Positions 43,629-44,878 of a stretch of 44,878 bases of DNA are shown piece by piece. Numbering within the stretch: position 1 is the stretch's first letter; each line of letters starts with the position of its first letter. A model generated the notes under the pieces. The model saw only the letters and a program-made list of their open reading frames with translations. It was not told the DNA's origin and searched no databases. The stretch comes from a virus (Duplodnaviria > Caudoviricetes): positions 1-44,878 of the IMG/VR virus record IMGVR_UViG_3300048856_000034, one strand, 5' to 3'. The position numbers and the translations under genes were made by a program.

Positions 43629-43677
43629 AACATTCCAGGCCGGTCCGCCGGCGAACGACTTCCCATCGAGGAGCAAC

Positions 43678-44406
43678 ATGGCCGCTGGCCAATGGGGCAA
43701 CCAGCAGAACGGCTACATCAGCCTGTCCCTGCTGCGCGCTCTCTCGTGGACATCGGGGCACCTTCTGCACCCGAGTGCCGCCGCGACGATCGAACAGCTG
43801 AACGTCGCCTACCGGGCAGCGTTTGGGCAGCCCATCACCGTAACCGACTCGTACCGCGACTACGCCGCTCAGGTGCGCGTTAAGGCCATCAAGGGCGACC
43901 TGGCAGCCACCCCCGGCCTCTCCAACCACGGCTGGGCACTAGCCGTCGATCTCGGTGGCGGCATCGAGTACTTCGGGACCGATCAGCACGACTGGATGCG
44001 CGCCAACGCACCCGCATTCGGCTGGATCCTTCCGGCCTGGGCTCAGCCGGGCGGAAGCAAGCCGGAGGCCTGGCACTGGGAGTACGACGGCCCGCTCGAC
44101 ACCATCCCCACCACCCCCAACCCGTCCGAGGAGGACGACATGAACGCTGACCAGGACGCCCGTCTCCGGAACATCGAGGCCACGGTGGCCGCCGTCTCGC
44201 GGCGAAACCCGATCGTTCTGCGCTGTGTGGACACCGGTAGCGCCAACAACAACCAGATCGCTCTCGTCCAGGGCAACGGCGTGCACCTTCTGACGCCGGC
44301 CGAGTGGAACACGATGGTGACCCTGGGGTACACCATCACCCACGACAACCTCAAGGGCGGCCCGTTCGCCGCGCTGGTCAAGGCGTTTGGCAACTGGGAG
44401 TCCTGA
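43678..44406 (+). CDS. M15 zinc peptidase, endolysin paralogue 3
   Basis: GAGGAG RBS; DSYRDY..Q, PGLSNHGWALAVD, KPEAWHWEY. Confidence 0.92.
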   Translation: MAAGQWGNQQNGYISLSLLRALSWTSGHLLHPSAAATIEQLNVAYRAAFGQPITVTDSYRDYAAQVRVKAIKGDLAATPGLSNHGWALAVDLGGGIEYFGTDQHDWMRANAPAFGWILPAWAQPGGSKPEAWHWEYDGPLDTIPTTPNPSEEDDMNADQDARLRNIEATVAAVSRRNPIVLRCVDTGSANNNQIALVQGNGVHLLTPAEWNTMVTLGYTITHDNLKGGPFAALVKAFGNWES

Positions 44407-44503
44407 TCCTCCCGATCCCAGGCTCCAACCCCTGCGGCTGGGCTACTTGCACGGCAGTAGCGCAGCGCGCTGGCGGCCGCTCAGCCTGAGACCAGCGCAA
44501 GAG

Positions 44504-44544
44504 CGACAGCCCCCGCCCTCCCACGAGGAGAGCGGGGGCTGTCG
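44504..44544. terminator. Hairpin, probably bidirectional terminator (M15 genes and tRNA-Thr)
   Basis: CGACAGCCCCCGC pairs with GCGGGGGCTGTCG. Confidence 0.72.
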
Positions 44545-44576
44545 TCCGCTTCCCGCGGGATGATTGGGCCATCGAG

Positions 44577-44598
44577 TTGGCTACCGAGATTGCTACAC
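44577..44598 (+). promoter_or_regulatory. Putative integrase arm-type sites
   Basis: TTGGCTAC 44577-44584 and GATTGCTACAC 44588-44598 match the motifs at 51-153. Confidence 0.65.
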
Positions 44599-44669
44599 GG
44601 AGCCGCTGTTCGAAGTTCGTGAATGACGTAGCCCCGGCCATTTGCGCAGGCAGCGACGCGTCTACGCAC

Positions 44670-44713
44670 CGAGCCCCCTGTCGGATTCGAACCGACGACC
44701 TGCTGTTTACAAG
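44670..44713. repeat. att core, right copy
   Basis: Identical to 1-44. Confidence 0.96.
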
Positions 44714-44745
44714 ACAGCTGCTCTGGCCAGCTGAGCTAAGGAGGC
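44672..44745 (-). tRNA. Host tRNA-Thr(TGT), intact after integration
   Basis: GCCTCCTTAGCTCAGCTGGCCAGAGCAGCTGTCTTGTAAACAGCAGGTCGTCGGTTCGAATCCGACAGGGGGCT folds as a cloverleaf with anticodon TGT. Confidence 0.96.
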
Positions 44746-44796
44746 GTGCGCCCCGCAGGGCGCGGCGACCAGCCTACCGGCCGCGACCCGCGCCGA

Positions 44797-44878
44797 TCAC
44801 GGCTGCGGGTCGAGCGCGTCGTACCGCCAGAACGCGCGCTGCCACCGGACCAGCAGCCACAGGATCACGACGCACGCG
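44797..44878 (-). CDS. 3' end of a host membrane protein gene (partial)
   Basis: ..VVILWLLVRWQRAFWRYDALDPQP-stop. Confidence 0.5.
   Translation of the reverse strand, partial: ACVVILWLLVRWQRAFWRYDALDPQP

Larger units (their letters stand above)
1..44713. mobile_element. Complete temperate siphovirus-type prophage integrated in tRNA-Thr(TGT)
   Basis: Identical 44-bp direct repeats at both ends; integrase next to left end; full immunity, recombination, packaging, head, tail and lysis modules in canonical order. Confidence 0.97.

Noticed and set aside
38903-44406. M15 paralogues as a diversity-generating retroelement or invertase shufflon
   Set aside because: No reverse transcriptase or invertase, no adenine-specific TR/VR pair, no inverted crossover sites; all copies have their own starts
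42810-44406. vanY-type glycopeptide resistance genes
   Set aside because: No vanHAX/vanRS context or membrane anchor; architecture matches the phage endolysin

Overview
The window is almost exactly one apparently complete temperate siphovirus prophage (attL-to-attR spacing 44,669 bp) in very GC-rich actinobacterial DNA. No LysB is recognisable, which suggests a non-mycolata host (inference). It is bounded by a perfect 44-bp direct repeat (1-44 and 44670-44713) that is the 3' half of a host tRNA-Thr(TGT) gene on the minus strand. Module order: tyrosine integrase; leftward repressor-ImmA-DUF3263 operon; Cro/Xis; YqaJ-RecT; C5 DNA methyltransferase; WhiB; broken HNH; RusA-like; replication initiator-like; TerS-like; putative late regulator; late promoter, hairpin and atypical tRNA-Met; TIR moron; TerL; portal; MuF; protease/scaffold; DUF2190; MCP; neck; tail tube; frameshifting chaperones; tape measure; tail tip; lysis genes; and a right-end accessory block. 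Most notable: (i) two extra tandem paralogues of the M15 endolysin sit behind a promoter with a perfect LexA box plus a copy of the putative prophage operator, and all three M15 genes carry an in-frame internal RBS+ATG before unrelated C-terminal domains; (ii) an ssrA-like sequence is buried in the repressor tail next to the ImmA protease gene; (iii) a hairpin after the tail tube gene has a loop complementary to four downstream repeats around the chaperone start; (iv) several probably leaderless morons include a stand-alone TIR protein and an RHH-autoregulated membrane gene. All product calls come from motif recognition and gene order by eye; no searches were run.
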